From the sequence record CM049095.1: DNA of 32,000 bases; one strand, written 5' to 3'. Below the pieces are notes generated by a model that did not search any database, was not told the DNA's origin, and saw only the letters and a list, made by a program, of their open reading frames with translations. The first letter of the stretch is position 1. Each line of letters opens with the position of its first letter. The translations under genes were made by a program, and so were the position numbers. Shown here one piece after another: positions 1 through 10,613 of this stretch.

Positions 1-765
1 CATTTTGCAAGTTTAAAAAAGTTTAAGGATTTTTTAGACGGGAGACTTATGGCGCGGACGAGGGTTACAAACAAGTAAAATGGGCGGATTAAAAGTCTTC
101 AAGGTTTAAACAATGTACTTAGCACTTAAATTTGATGAATTTATAAAACGATATTGCAGTATAAAATCGCTTTAATGGGTTCATATAAACATACAAATTA
201 GACATGGTAGCATTCCATTCAATCGACTATTTTAAGGGAATTAGTGAAAATGTTAATGAGGATGATTTGGGTGATAATACATGTTATATTTAATATAAGT
301 ATAGTTATATTTTATATTGATAGGTTGTATGTGAGTGTTTTTATTGATTATGTAGGTTTTAGTTAGAGACGTTTATAGTTATTAAGTTAAAATATGTATT
401 AGCTTTTCTAAAATGATCTTGACGAATTGTTTCATTCTTTGTGAAATAGAAATTTAATCTTTTTTTATTATTTAAGAATGATTTAAAACTTAAGATCGTA
501 CGCGGGCAAATATGACTAAAAATGTTATATTTTAGGTAAAGGTCTTTGATATGTCTTTTTATTCGATTTTGTGTGAATTTTGATAAAAAAGGTGTTACTA
601 TTAAGTTTCGTATGAGATTGTAGTTGAAATAATGCATGAAGGATAGATGTGATTATTGGAATGACAGCGATAAAATTTTTTAGGGTTAATTTGTTATTAA
701 ATTAGAACAATCGTTAGTTGATTTTAATCATTTAGTCCGATTTTAAAATAAATTTGAGTTGATGG
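1..765. repeat. Repeat unit 1, variant a (765 bp, carries the 21-bp segment)
   Basis: Starts CATTTTGCAAGTTTAAAAAAGTTTAAGG...GGCGCGGACGAGGGTTACAAAC. Near-identical starts occur at 3309, 6495 and 9012. Confidence 0.9.
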
Positions 766-1537
766 CATTCTGTAAATTTAAAGAACTTTAGAGATTTTTT
801 AGACGGAAGACTCGTGCTACGAACTAAGGCTACAAACAAGTAAAATCGGCGGATTCAAAGTCTTCAAGGTTCAAATAATGGTACTTAGTACTCAAATTTG
901 ACGAATTCATAAAATGACATAGTAGTATAAAATTGCTTTAATGTATCTATATAATTATCTAAATTAGACATGAGAGCATTTTATTCAATCGACTGTTTTA
1001 AGGGAATTAATGTTTTTTTTAATGTTAATGAGGGTGATTTGGGTGATAATATATGTTATATTTAATATAAGTATGGTTATATTTTATATTGATAGGTCGT
1101 ATGTGAGTGTTTTTATTGATTATGTAGGTTTTAGTTAGAGACGTTTATAGTTATTAAGTTAAAATATGTATTAGCTTTTCTAAAATGATCTTGACGAATT
1201 GTTTCATTCTTTGTGAAATAGAAATTTAATCTTTTTTTATTATTTAAGAATGATTTAAAACTTAAGATTGTACGCGGGCAAATATGACTAAAAATGTTAT
1301 ATTTTAGGTAAAGGTCTTTGATATGTCTTTTTATTCGATTTTGTGTGAATTTTGATAAAAAAGGTGTTACTATTAAGTTTCGTATGAGATTGTAGTTGAA
1401 ATAATGCATGAAGGATAGATGTGATTATTGGAATGACAGCGATAAAATTTTTTAGGGTTAATTTGTTATTAAACTAGAAGAATCGTTAGTTGATTTTAAT
1501 CATTTAGTCCGATTTTAAAATAAATTTGAGTTGATGG
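766..1537. repeat. Repeat unit 2, variant b (772 bp)
   Basis: Starts CATTCTGTAAATTTAAAGAACTTTAGAG. Almost identical to unit 3, with only a few substitutions seen. Confidence 0.92.
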
Positions 1538-2309
1538 CATTCTGTAAATTTAAAGAACTTTAGAGATTTTTTAGACGGAAGACTCGTGTTACGAACTAAG
1601 GCTACAAACAAGTAAAATCGGCGGATTCAAAGTCTTCAAGGTTCAAATAATGGTACTTAGTACTCAAATTTGACGAATTCATAAAATGACATAGTAGTAT
1701 AAAATTGCTTTAATGTATCTATATAATTATCTAAATTAGACATGAGAGCATTTTATTCAATCGACTGTTTTAAGGGAATTAATGTTTTTTTTAATGTTAA
1801 TGAGGGTGATTTGGGTGATAATATATGTTATATTTAATATAAGTATGGTTATATTTTATATTGATAGGTCGTATGTGAGTGTTTTTATTGATTATGTAGG
1901 TTTTAGTTAGAGACGTTTATAGTTATTAAGTTAAAATATGTATTAGCTTTTCTAAAATGATCTTGACGAATTGTTTCATTCTTTGTGAAATAGAAATTTA
2001 ATCTTTTTTTATTATTTAAGAATGATTTAAAACTTAAGATCGTACGCGGGCAAATATGACTAAAAATGTTATATTTTAGGTAAAGGTCTTTGATATGTCT
2101 TTTTATTCGATTTTGTGTGAATTTTGATAAAAAAGGTGTTACTATTAAGTTTCGTATGAGATTGTAGTTGAAATAATGCATGAAGGATAGATGTGATTAT
2201 TGGAATGACAGCGATAAAATTTTTTAGGGTTAATTTGTTATTAAATTAGAAGAATCGTTAGTTGATTTTAATCATTTAGTCCGATTTTAAAATAAATTTG
2301 AGTTGATGG
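1538..2309. repeat. Repeat unit 3, variant b (772 bp)
   Basis: Exactly 772 bp after unit 2, with the same start motif and an identical embedded 92-aa artefact ORF. Confidence 0.92.
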
Positions 2310-3308
2310 CATTCTGTAAATTTAAAGAACTTTAGAGATTTTTTAGACGGAAGACTCGTGTTACGAACTAAGGCTACAAACAAGTAAAATCGGCGGATTC
2401 AAAGTCTTCAAGGTTCAAATAATGGTACTTAGTACTCAGATTTGACGAATTCATAAAATGACATAGTAGTATAAAATTGCTTTAATGTATCTATATAATT
2501 ATCTAAATTAGACATGAGAGCATTTTATTCAATCGACTGTTTTAAGGGAATTAATGTTTTTTTTAATGCTAATGAGGGTGATTTGGGTGATAATATATGT
2601 TATATTTAATATAAGTATGGTTATATTTTATATTGATAGGTCGTATGTGAGTGTTTTTATTGATTATGTAGTTTTTCGTTAGAGACGTTTATAGTTATTA
2701 AGTTGAAATATGTATTAGTTTTTCCAAGACGATCTTGACGAATTGTTTCATTTTTTGTGAAATAGAAATTTAATTTTTTTTTTATTATTTAGAAATGGTT
2801 TAAAACTTAAGATCGCACACGGGCAAATGTAACTAAAAGTATTATGCCGTGTTTTGAGTTATTATGCACGTATTTGACTTACATAAGTGTATCATATAGA
2901 TCTTAGTAAATTTAATACATTTATGAGTGATTTTTAAGATTTAATGTTTTTTTTAATGTATATAGAATCGTTTCATTTTTTGTGAAACAAAAATTTAACC
3001 TTTTTTGTATTGTTTAGAAATGATTTAAAACTCAAGATCACACTCAGGCAAATGTGATTAAAAGTATTCTATTTTAGTTAAGGATTTTTGATATGTCTTC
3101 TTATTAGATTTTGTATGAATTTTGATAAAAAAAGGTGTCACTATCAAGTTTTGTATGAAATTGTAGTTGAAATCAAGCATGAAGGATAGACGTGATTATT
3201 GGAATGGCGGCGATAAAATTTTCTAGAGTTAATTTATTATTAAATTAGAAGAATTGCTAGTTGATTTTAATCATTTAGTCCGATTTTAGAATAAATTCGG
3301 GTTGATGG
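2310..3308. repeat. Repeat unit 4, variant b plus one extra ~225-bp sub-repeat module (999 bp)
   Basis: Variant b start. The GTTTCATT module start occurs twice (2745 and 2970). Same length and architecture as unit 10. Confidence 0.9.
2745..2969. repeat. Nested ~225-bp sub-repeat module (extra copy in unit 4)
   Basis: Runs from GTTTCATTTTTTGTGAAATAG... to ...GATTTAATGTTTTTTTTAATGTATATAGAATC. The next module start, GTTTCATT, follows at 2970. Confidence 0.88.
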
Positions 3309-4501
3309 CATTTTGCAAGTTTAAAAAAGTTTAAGGATTTTTTAGACGGGAGACTTATGGCGCGGACGAGGGTTACAAACAAGTAAAATGGGCGGATTAA
3401 AAGTCTTCAAGGTTTAAACAATGTACTTAGCACTTAAATTTGATGAATTTATAAAACGATATTGCAGTATAAAATCGCTTTAATGGGTTTATATAAACAT
3501 ACAAATTAGACATGAGAGCATTTTATTCAATCGACTATTTTAAGGGAATTAGTGAAAATGTTAATGAGGATGATTTGGGTGATAATACATGTTATATTTT
3601 ATATTGATAGGTTGTATGTTAGTGTTTTTATTGATTATGTAGGTTTTAGTTAGAGACGTTTATAGTTATTAAGTTGAAATATGTATTAGTTTTTCCAAGA
3701 CGATCTTGACGAATTGTTTCATTTTTTGTGAAATAGAAATTTAATCTTTTTTATTATTTAGCAATGATTTAAAACTTAAGATCGCACACGGGCAAATGTA
3801 ACTAAAAGTATTATGCCGTGTTTTGAGTTATTATGCACGTATTTGATTTACATAAGTGTATCATATAGATCTCAGTAAATTTAATACATTTATGAGTGAT
3901 TTTTAAGATTTAATGTTTTTTTTAATGTATACAGAATCGTTTCATTTTTTGTGAAATAGAAATTTAATCTTTTTTTATTATTTAGGAATGATTTAAAACT
4001 TAAGATCGTACACGGGCAAATGTAACTAAAAATATTATATCGTGTTTTGAGTTATTATGCACGTATTTGACTCACATAAGTGTATCATATAGATCTTAGT
4101 AAATTTAATACATTCAGGAGTGATTTTTAAGATTTAATGTTTTTTTTAATGTATACAGAATCGTTTCATTTTTTGTGAAACAAAAATTTAATCTTTTTTG
4201 TATTGTTTAGAAATGATTTAAAACTTAAGATCACCCGCAGGCAAATGTGACTAAAAGTATTCTATCTTAGTTAAGGATCTTTGATATGTCTTCTTATTAG
4301 ATTTTGTATGAATTTTGATAAAAAAAGGTGTCACTATCAAGTTTTGTATGAAATTGTAGTTGAAATCAAGCATGAAGGATAGATGTGATTATCGGAATGG
4401 CGGCGATAAAATTTTCTAGAGTTAATTTATTATTAAATTAGAAGAATTGCTAGTTGATTTTAATCATTTAGTCCGATTTTAGAATAAATTCGGGTTGATG
4501 G
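3309..4501. repeat. Repeat unit 5, variant a (short form) plus two extra ~224-bp modules (1193 bp)
   Basis: Variant a start. Module starts at 3715, 3939 and 4163. The 21-bp segment is absent (GTTATATTTTATATTGATAGG at ~3591). Confidence 0.9.
3715..4162. repeat. Two tandem nested ~224-bp modules (unit 5)
   Basis: GTTTCATT module starts at 3715, 3939 and 4163, a spacing of 224 bp. Confidence 0.88.
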
Positions 4502-5274
4502 CATTTTGCAAGTTTAAAAAAGTTTAAGGATTTTTTAGACGGGAGACTTATGGCGCGGACGAGGATTATAAACAAGTAAAATCGACGGATTCAAAGCCTT
4601 CAAGGTTCAAACAATGTACTTAGCACTCAAATTTGACGAATTCATAAAAGGATATAGTAGTATAGAATTGCTTTAATGTATTTATATAAACATACAAATT
4701 AGAGATGGGAGCATTCTATTCAATCGATTGTTTTAAAGGAATTAGTGAAAATTTTAATGTTAATGAGGGTGATTTGGGTGATAATACATGTTATATTTAA
4801 TATAAGTATGGTTATACTTTATATTGCTAGGCCGTATGTGAGTGTTTTTATTGATTATGTAATTTTTCGTTAGAGACGTTTATAGTTATTAAGTTTAAAT
4901 ATGTATCAGTTTTTCCAAGATCATCTTGACGAATTGTTTCATTTTTTGTGAAATAGAAATTTAATCTTTTTTTATTATTTAGGAATGATTTAAAACTTAA
5001 GATTGTACGCGGGCAAATATGACTAAAAATGCTATATTTTAGGTAAAAGGTCTTTGATATGTCTTTTTATTCGATTTTGTGTGAATTTTGATAAAAAAGG
5101 TGTCACTATTAAGTTTTCGCATGAGATTATATTTGAAATAATGCATGAAGGATAGATGTGATTATTGGAATGGCAGCGATAAAATTTTCTAGGGTTAATT
5201 TGTTATTAAATTAGAAGAATCGCTAGTTGATTTTAATCATTTAGTCCGATTTTAGAATAAATTCGGGTTGATGG
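4502..5274. repeat. Repeat unit 6, chimeric variant with a-, b- and c-type patches (773 bp)
   Basis: The first ~60 bp match variant a (GGCGCGGACGAGG). Then come c-type AAAATCGACGGATTCAAAG, a-type TATATAAACATACAAATTAGA and b/c-type TTTAATGTTAATGAGGG. Confidence 0.85.
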
Positions 5275-6494
5275 CATTTTGTAAATTTAAAGAAGTTTAA
5301 AGATTTTTTAGACGGAAGACTCGTGTTACGAATTAAGGTTACAAACAAGTAAAATCGACGGATTCAAAGTCTTCAAGGTTCAAATAATGTACTTAGCACT
5401 CAAATTTGACGAATTCATAAAAGGACATAGTAGTATAAAATTGCTTTAATGTATCTATATAAGTATTTAAATTAGACATGACAGCATTTTATTCAATCGA
5501 CTGTTTTAAGGGAATTAACGTTTTTTTAATGTTAATGAGGGTGATCTGGGTGGTAATATATGTTATATTTAATATAAGTATGGTTATATTTTATATTGAT
5601 AGGTCGTATGTGAGTGTTTTTATTGATTATGCAGTTTTTCGTTAGAGAGGTTTATAGTTATTAAGTTAAAATACGTATTAGTTTTTCCAAAACGGTCTTG
5701 ACGAATTGTTTCATTTCCTGTGAAATAGAAATTTAATCTTTTTTTATTATTTAGGAGTGATTTAAAACTTAAGACCACACGCGGGCAAATGTGACTAAAA
5801 GTATTATACTGTGTTTTGAGTTATTATACGCGTATTTGATTCACGTAAGTGTACCATATAGATTTTAGTAAATTTAATACATTTATGAGTGATTTTTAAT
5901 ATTTAATGTTTTTTTTAATGTATACAGAATCGTTTCATTTTTTGTGAAACAGAAATTTAACCTTTTTTTATTATTTAGGAATGGTTTAAAACTTAAGATC
6001 GTACACGGGCAAATGTAACTAAAAGTATTGTGCCGTGTTTTGAGTTATTATGCACGTATTTGACTTACATAAGTGTATCATATATATCTTAGTAAATTTA
6101 ATACATTTATGAGTGATTTTTAAGATTTAATGTTTTTTTTAATGTATACGGAATTGTTTCATTTTTTGTGAAACAAAAGTTTAACCTTTTTTGTATTGTT
6201 TAGAAATGATTTAAAACTCAAGATCATATGCAGGCAAATGTGATTAAAAATATTCTATTTTAGTTAAGGATTTTTGATATGTCTTCTTATTAGATTTTGT
6301 ATGAATCTTGATAAAAAAAGGTGTCACTATCAAGTTTTGTATGAAATTGTAGTTGAAATCAAGCATAAAGGATAGACGTGATTATTGGAATGGCGGCGAT
6401 AAAATTTTCTAGAGTTAATTTATTATTAAATTAGAAGAATTGCTAGTTGATTTTAATCATTTAGTCCGATTTTAGAATAAATTCGGGTTGATGG
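5275..6494. repeat. Repeat unit 7, variant c plus two extra modules (1220 bp)
   Basis: Starts CATTTTGTAAATTTAAAGAAGTTTAAAG, as at 9758. Module starts at 5707, 5932 and 6155. Confidence 0.9.
5707..6154. repeat. Two tandem nested ~224-bp modules (unit 7)
   Basis: Module starts at 5707, 5932 and 6155. Confidence 0.88.
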
Positions 6495-7239
6495 CATTTT
6501 GCAAGTTTAAAAAAGTTTAAGGATTTTTTAGACGGGAGACTTATGGCGCGGACGAGGATTACAAATAAGTAAAATGGGCGGATTAAAAGTCTTCAAGGTT
6601 TAAACAATGTACTTAGCACTTAAATCTGATGAATTTATAAAACGATATTGCAGTATAAAATCGCTTTAATGGGTTTATATAAACATACAAATTAGACATG
6701 AGAGCATTCTATTCAATCGACTATTTTAAGGGAATTAGTGAAAATGTTAATGAGGATGATTTGGGTGATAATACATGTTATATTTAATATTGATAGGTTG
6801 TATGTGAGTGTTTTTATTGATTATGTAGGTTTTAGTTAGAAACGTTTATAGTTATTAAGTTAAAATATGTATTAGCTTTTCTAAAATGATCTTGACGAAT
6901 TGTTTCATTCTTTGTGAAATAGAAATTTAATCTTTTTTTATTATTTAAGAATGATTTAAAACTTAAGATCGTACGCAGGCAAATATGACTAAAAATGTTA
7001 TATTTTAGGTAAAAGGTCTTTGATATGTCTTTTTATTCGATTTTGTGTGAATTTTGATAAAAAAGGTGTTACTATTAAGTTTCGTATGAGATTGTAGTTG
7101 AAATAATGCATAAAGGATAGATGTGATTATTGGAATGACAGCGATAAAATTTTTTAGGGTTAATCTGCTATTAAATTAGAAGAATCGTTAGTTGATTTTA
7201 ATCATTTAGTCCGATTTTAAAATAAATTTGAGTTGATGG
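6495..7239. repeat. Repeat unit 8, variant a short form (745 bp)
   Basis: Variant a start. Reads GTTATATTTAATATTGATAGG at ~6777, i.e. the 21-bp segment is missing. Confidence 0.9.
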
Positions 7240-8012
7240 CATTCTGTAAATTTAAAGAACTTTAGAGATTTTTTAGGCGGAAGACTCGTGTTACGAACTA
7301 AGGTTACAAATAAGTAAAATCGACGGATTCAAAGTCTTCAAGGTTCAAATAATGTACTTAGTACTCAAATTTGACGAATTCATAAAAGGATATAGTAGCA
7401 TAAAATTGCTTTAATGTATCTATATAATTATCTAAATTAGACATGAGAGCATTTTATTCAATCGACTGTTTTAAGGGAATTAATGTTTTTTTTAATGTTA
7501 ATGAGGGTGATTTGGGTGATAATATATGTTATATTTAATATAAGTATGGTTATATTTTATATTGATAGGTCGTATGTGAGTGTTTTTATTGATTATGTAG
7601 TCTTTCGTTAGAGACGTTTATAGTTATTAAGTCAAAATATGTATTAGTTTTTCCAAGACGATCTTGACGAATTGTTTCATTTTTTGTGAAATAGAAATTT
7701 AATCTTTTTTTATTATTTAGGAATGATTTAAAACTTAAGATGGTACGCGGGCAAATATGATTAAAAATGTCATATTTTAGGTAAAAAGGTCTTTGATATG
7801 TCTTTTTATTCGATTTTGTGTGAATTTTGATAAAAAAGGTGTTACTATTAAATTTCGTATGAGATTGTAGTTGAAATAATGCATGAAGGATAGATGTGAT
7901 TATTGGAATGACAGCGATAAAATTTTTTAGGGTTAATTTGTTATTAAATTAGAAGAATCGTTAGTTGATTTTAATCATTTAGTCCGATTTTAAAATAAAT
8001 TTGAGTTGATGG
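7240..8012. repeat. Repeat unit 9, variant b with c-type patches (773 bp)
   Basis: Variant b start, but with c-like AAAATCGACGG, AATAATGTACTT and ATAAAAGGA. Confidence 0.88.
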
Positions 8013-9011
8013 CATTCTGTAAATTTAAAGAACTTTAGAGATTTTTTAGACGGAAGACTCATGTTACGAACCAAGGTTACAAACAAGTAAAATCGGCGGA
8101 TTCAAAGTCTTCAAGGTTCAAATAATGGTACTTAGTACTCAAATTTGACGAATTCATAAAATGACATAGTAGTATAAAATTGCTTTAATGTATCTATATA
8201 ATTATCTAAATTAGACATGAGAGCATTTTATTCAATCGACTGTTTTAAGGGAATTAATGTTTTTTTTAATGTTAATGAGGGTGATTTGGGTGATAATATA
8301 TGTTATATTTAATATAAGTATGGTTATATTTTATATTGATAGGTCGTATGTGAGTGTTTTTATTGATTATGTAGTTTTTCGTTAGAGACGTTTATAGTTA
8401 TTAAGTTGAAATATGTATTAGTTTTTCCAAGACGATCTTGACGAATTGTTTCATTTTTTGTGAAATAGAAATTTAATTTTTTTTTTATTGTTTAGAAATG
8501 GTTTAAAACTTAAGATCGCACACGGGCAAATGTAACTAAAAGTATTATGCCGTGTTTTGAGTTATTATGCGCGTATTTGACTTACATAAGTGTATCATAT
8601 AGATCTTAGTAAATTTAATACATTTATGAGTGATTTTTAAGATTTAATGTTTTTTTTAATGTATACAGAATCGTTTCATTTTTTGTGAAACAAAAATTTA
8701 ACCTTTTTTGTATTGTTTAGAAATGATTTAAAACTCAAGATCACACGCAGGCAAATGTGATTAAAAGTATTCTATTTTAGTTAAGGATTTTTGATATGTC
8801 TTCTTATTAGATTTTGTATGAATTTTGATAAAAAAAGGTGTCACTATCAAGTTTTGTATGAAATTGTAGTTGAAATCAAGCATGAAGGATAGACGTGATT
8901 ATTGGAATGGCGGCGATAAAATTTTCTAGAGTTAATTTATTATTAAATTAGAAGAATTGCTAGTTGATTTTAATCATTTAGTCCGATTTTAGAATAAATT
9001 TGGGTTGATGG
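8013..9011. repeat. Repeat unit 10, variant b plus one extra module (999 bp)
   Basis: Same length and module layout as unit 4. Module starts at 8447 and 8673. Confidence 0.9.
8447..8672. repeat. Nested ~226-bp module (unit 10)
   Basis: Module starts at 8447 and 8673. Confidence 0.88.
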
Positions 9012-9757
9012 CATTTTGCAAGTTTAAAAAAGTTTAAGGATTTTTTAGACGGGAGACTTACGGCGCGGACGAGGGTTACAAACAAGTAAAATGGGCGGAT
9101 TAAAAGTCTTCAAGGTTTAAACAATGTACTTAGCACTTAAATTTGATGAATTTATAAAACGATATTGCAGTATAAAATCGCTTTAATGGGTTTATATAAA
9201 CATACAAATTAGACATGAGAGCATTTTATTCAATCGACTATTTTAAGGGAATTAGTGAAAATGTTAATGAGGATGATTTGGGTGATAATACATGTTATAT
9301 TTTATATTGATAGGTCGTATGTTAGTGTTTTTATTGATTATGTAGGTTTTAGTTAGAGACGTTTATAGTTATTAAGTTAAAGTATTTATTAGTTTTTCTA
9401 AAATGATCTTGACGAAATTATTTCATTTTTTGTGAAATAGAAATTTAATCTTTTTTTATTATTTAGGAATGATTTAAAACTTAAGATTGTACGCGGGTAA
9501 ATATGACTAAAAATGTTATATTTTAGGTAAAGGTCTTTGATATGTCTTTTTATTCGATTTTGTGTGAATTTTGATAAAAAAGGTGTCACTATTAAGTTTT
9601 CGCATGAGATTATATTTGAAATAATGCATGAAGGATAGATGTGATTATTGGAATGGCAGCGATAAAATTTTCTAGGGTTAATTTGTTATTAAATTAGAAG
9701 AATCGCTAGTTGATTTTAATCATTTAGTCCGATTTTAGAATAAATTCGGGTTGATGG
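9012..9757. repeat. Repeat unit 11, variant a short form (746 bp)
   Basis: Variant a start. The 21-bp segment is absent (~9295). Confidence 0.9.
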
Positions 9758-10409
9758 CATTTTGTAAATTTAAAGAAGTTTAAAGATTTTTTAGACGGAA
9801 GACTCGTGTTACGAATTAAGGTTACAAACAAGTAAAATCGACGGATTCAAAGTCTTCAAGGTTCAAATAACGTACTTAGCACTCAAATTTGACGAATTCA
9901 TAAAAGGACATAGTAGTATAAAATTGCTTTAATGTATCTATATAAGTATTTAAATTAGACATGACAGCATTTTATTCAATCGACTGTTTTAAGGGAATTA
10001 ATGTTTTTTAATGTTAATGAGGGTGATCTGGGTGGTAATATATGTTATATTTAATATAAGTATGGTTATATTTTATATTGATAGGTCGTATGTGAGTGTT
10101 TTTATTGATTATGCAGTTTTTCGTTAGAGAGGTTTATAGTTATTAAGTTAAAATACGTATTAGTTTTTCCAAAACGGTCTTGACGAATTGTTTCATTTCT
10201 TGTGAAATAGAAATTTAATCTTTTTTTATTATTTAGGAATGATTTAAAACTTAAGACCACACGCGGGCAAATGTGATTAAAAGTATTATGCTGTGTTTTG
10301 AGTTATTATACGCGTATTTGATTCACGTAAGTGTACCATATAGATTTTAGTAAATTTAATACATTTATGAGTGATTTTTAAGATTTAATGTTTTTTTTAA
10401 CGTATACAG
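9758..10409. repeat. Repeat unit 12, variant c, truncated terminal unit
   Basis: Variant c start. It ends at the 3' boundary of the sub-repeat module (…TTTTTTTTAACGTATACAG), after which unique sequence begins. Confidence 0.88.
10190..10409. repeat. Terminal nested module closing the array
   Basis: The module starts at 10190. The array ends at its 3' boundary, where other copies continue with GAATCGTTTCATT. Confidence 0.85.
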
Positions 10410-10522
10410 GAAACTTCGTTTAAATTTTTTTATACGGATTTTCATTTAACGTTTCAGTTAAAATTTTTTTAGTTTATTGCTTAATGTTATCTAGTCATCC
10501 GGGATATGTAAAGCTAGATTAT

Positions 10523-10597
10523 GGTGAATATAACTCAGTTGGTTAGAGTACTAGGTTGTGATTCTAGGAGTCACAGGTTCAAATCCTGTTATTCACC
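10523..10597 (+). tRNA. trnH: tRNA-His (anticodon GUG) with genome-encoded G-1
   Basis: Hand-folded cloverleaf. Acceptor GTGAATA/TATTCAC, D-stem ACTC/GAGT, anticodon stem CTAGG/TCTAG, loop TTGTGAT, T-arm ACAGG-TTCAAAT-CCTGT. The extra 5' G at 10523 sits opposite discriminator C. Confidence 0.9.
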
Positions 10598-10613
10598 TCG
10601 ACTTTTCTATTTT

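Larger units (their letters stand above)
1..10409. repeat. Complex nested tandem direct-repeat array, non-coding, open at the 5' window edge
   Basis: The motif GATGG|CATT[CT]TG[CT]AA recurs at 1, 766, 1538, 2310, 3309, 4502, 5275, 6495, 7240, 8013, 9012 and 9758. Three identical 92-aa artefact ORFs in the ORF track are spaced exactly 772 bp apart. Homology is lost after ...GTATACAG at ~10409. Confidence 0.97.

Noticed and set aside
867-900. T-loop-like GGTTCAAAT and the near-palindrome GTACTTAGTAC inside repeat units as hidden tRNA genes
   Set aside because: No complementary T-stem or acceptor pairing surrounds the motif. The palindrome is disrupted in variants a and c (GTACTTAGCAC). No cloverleaf can be drawn.
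359-2181. Three identical 92-aa minus-strand ORFs (359..637, 1131..1409, 1903..2181) and a related 63-aa ORF (9398..9589) inside the repeat units
   Set aside because: They are identical only because the units are near-identical. The frame is broken in the other ~8 units, so there is no purifying selection. The composition is low-complexity and AT-driven (N/K/F/I-rich), with no recognisable motif, and they lie opposite to every real gene. I treat them as chance ORFs.
1-10409. The array as a CRISPR locus, a transposon cluster or a satellite encoding something
   Set aside because: The repeats are 745-1220 bp with no unique spacers between them, so this is not CRISPR. I could see no terminal inverted repeats, transposase, integrase or target-site duplications. 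The context is organellar.
10410-10522. Unique spacer between the array and trnH as a promoter or origin
   Set aside because: It is AT-rich, with no repeated or palindromic signal that I could distinguish from background. I cannot support any call from sequence alone.
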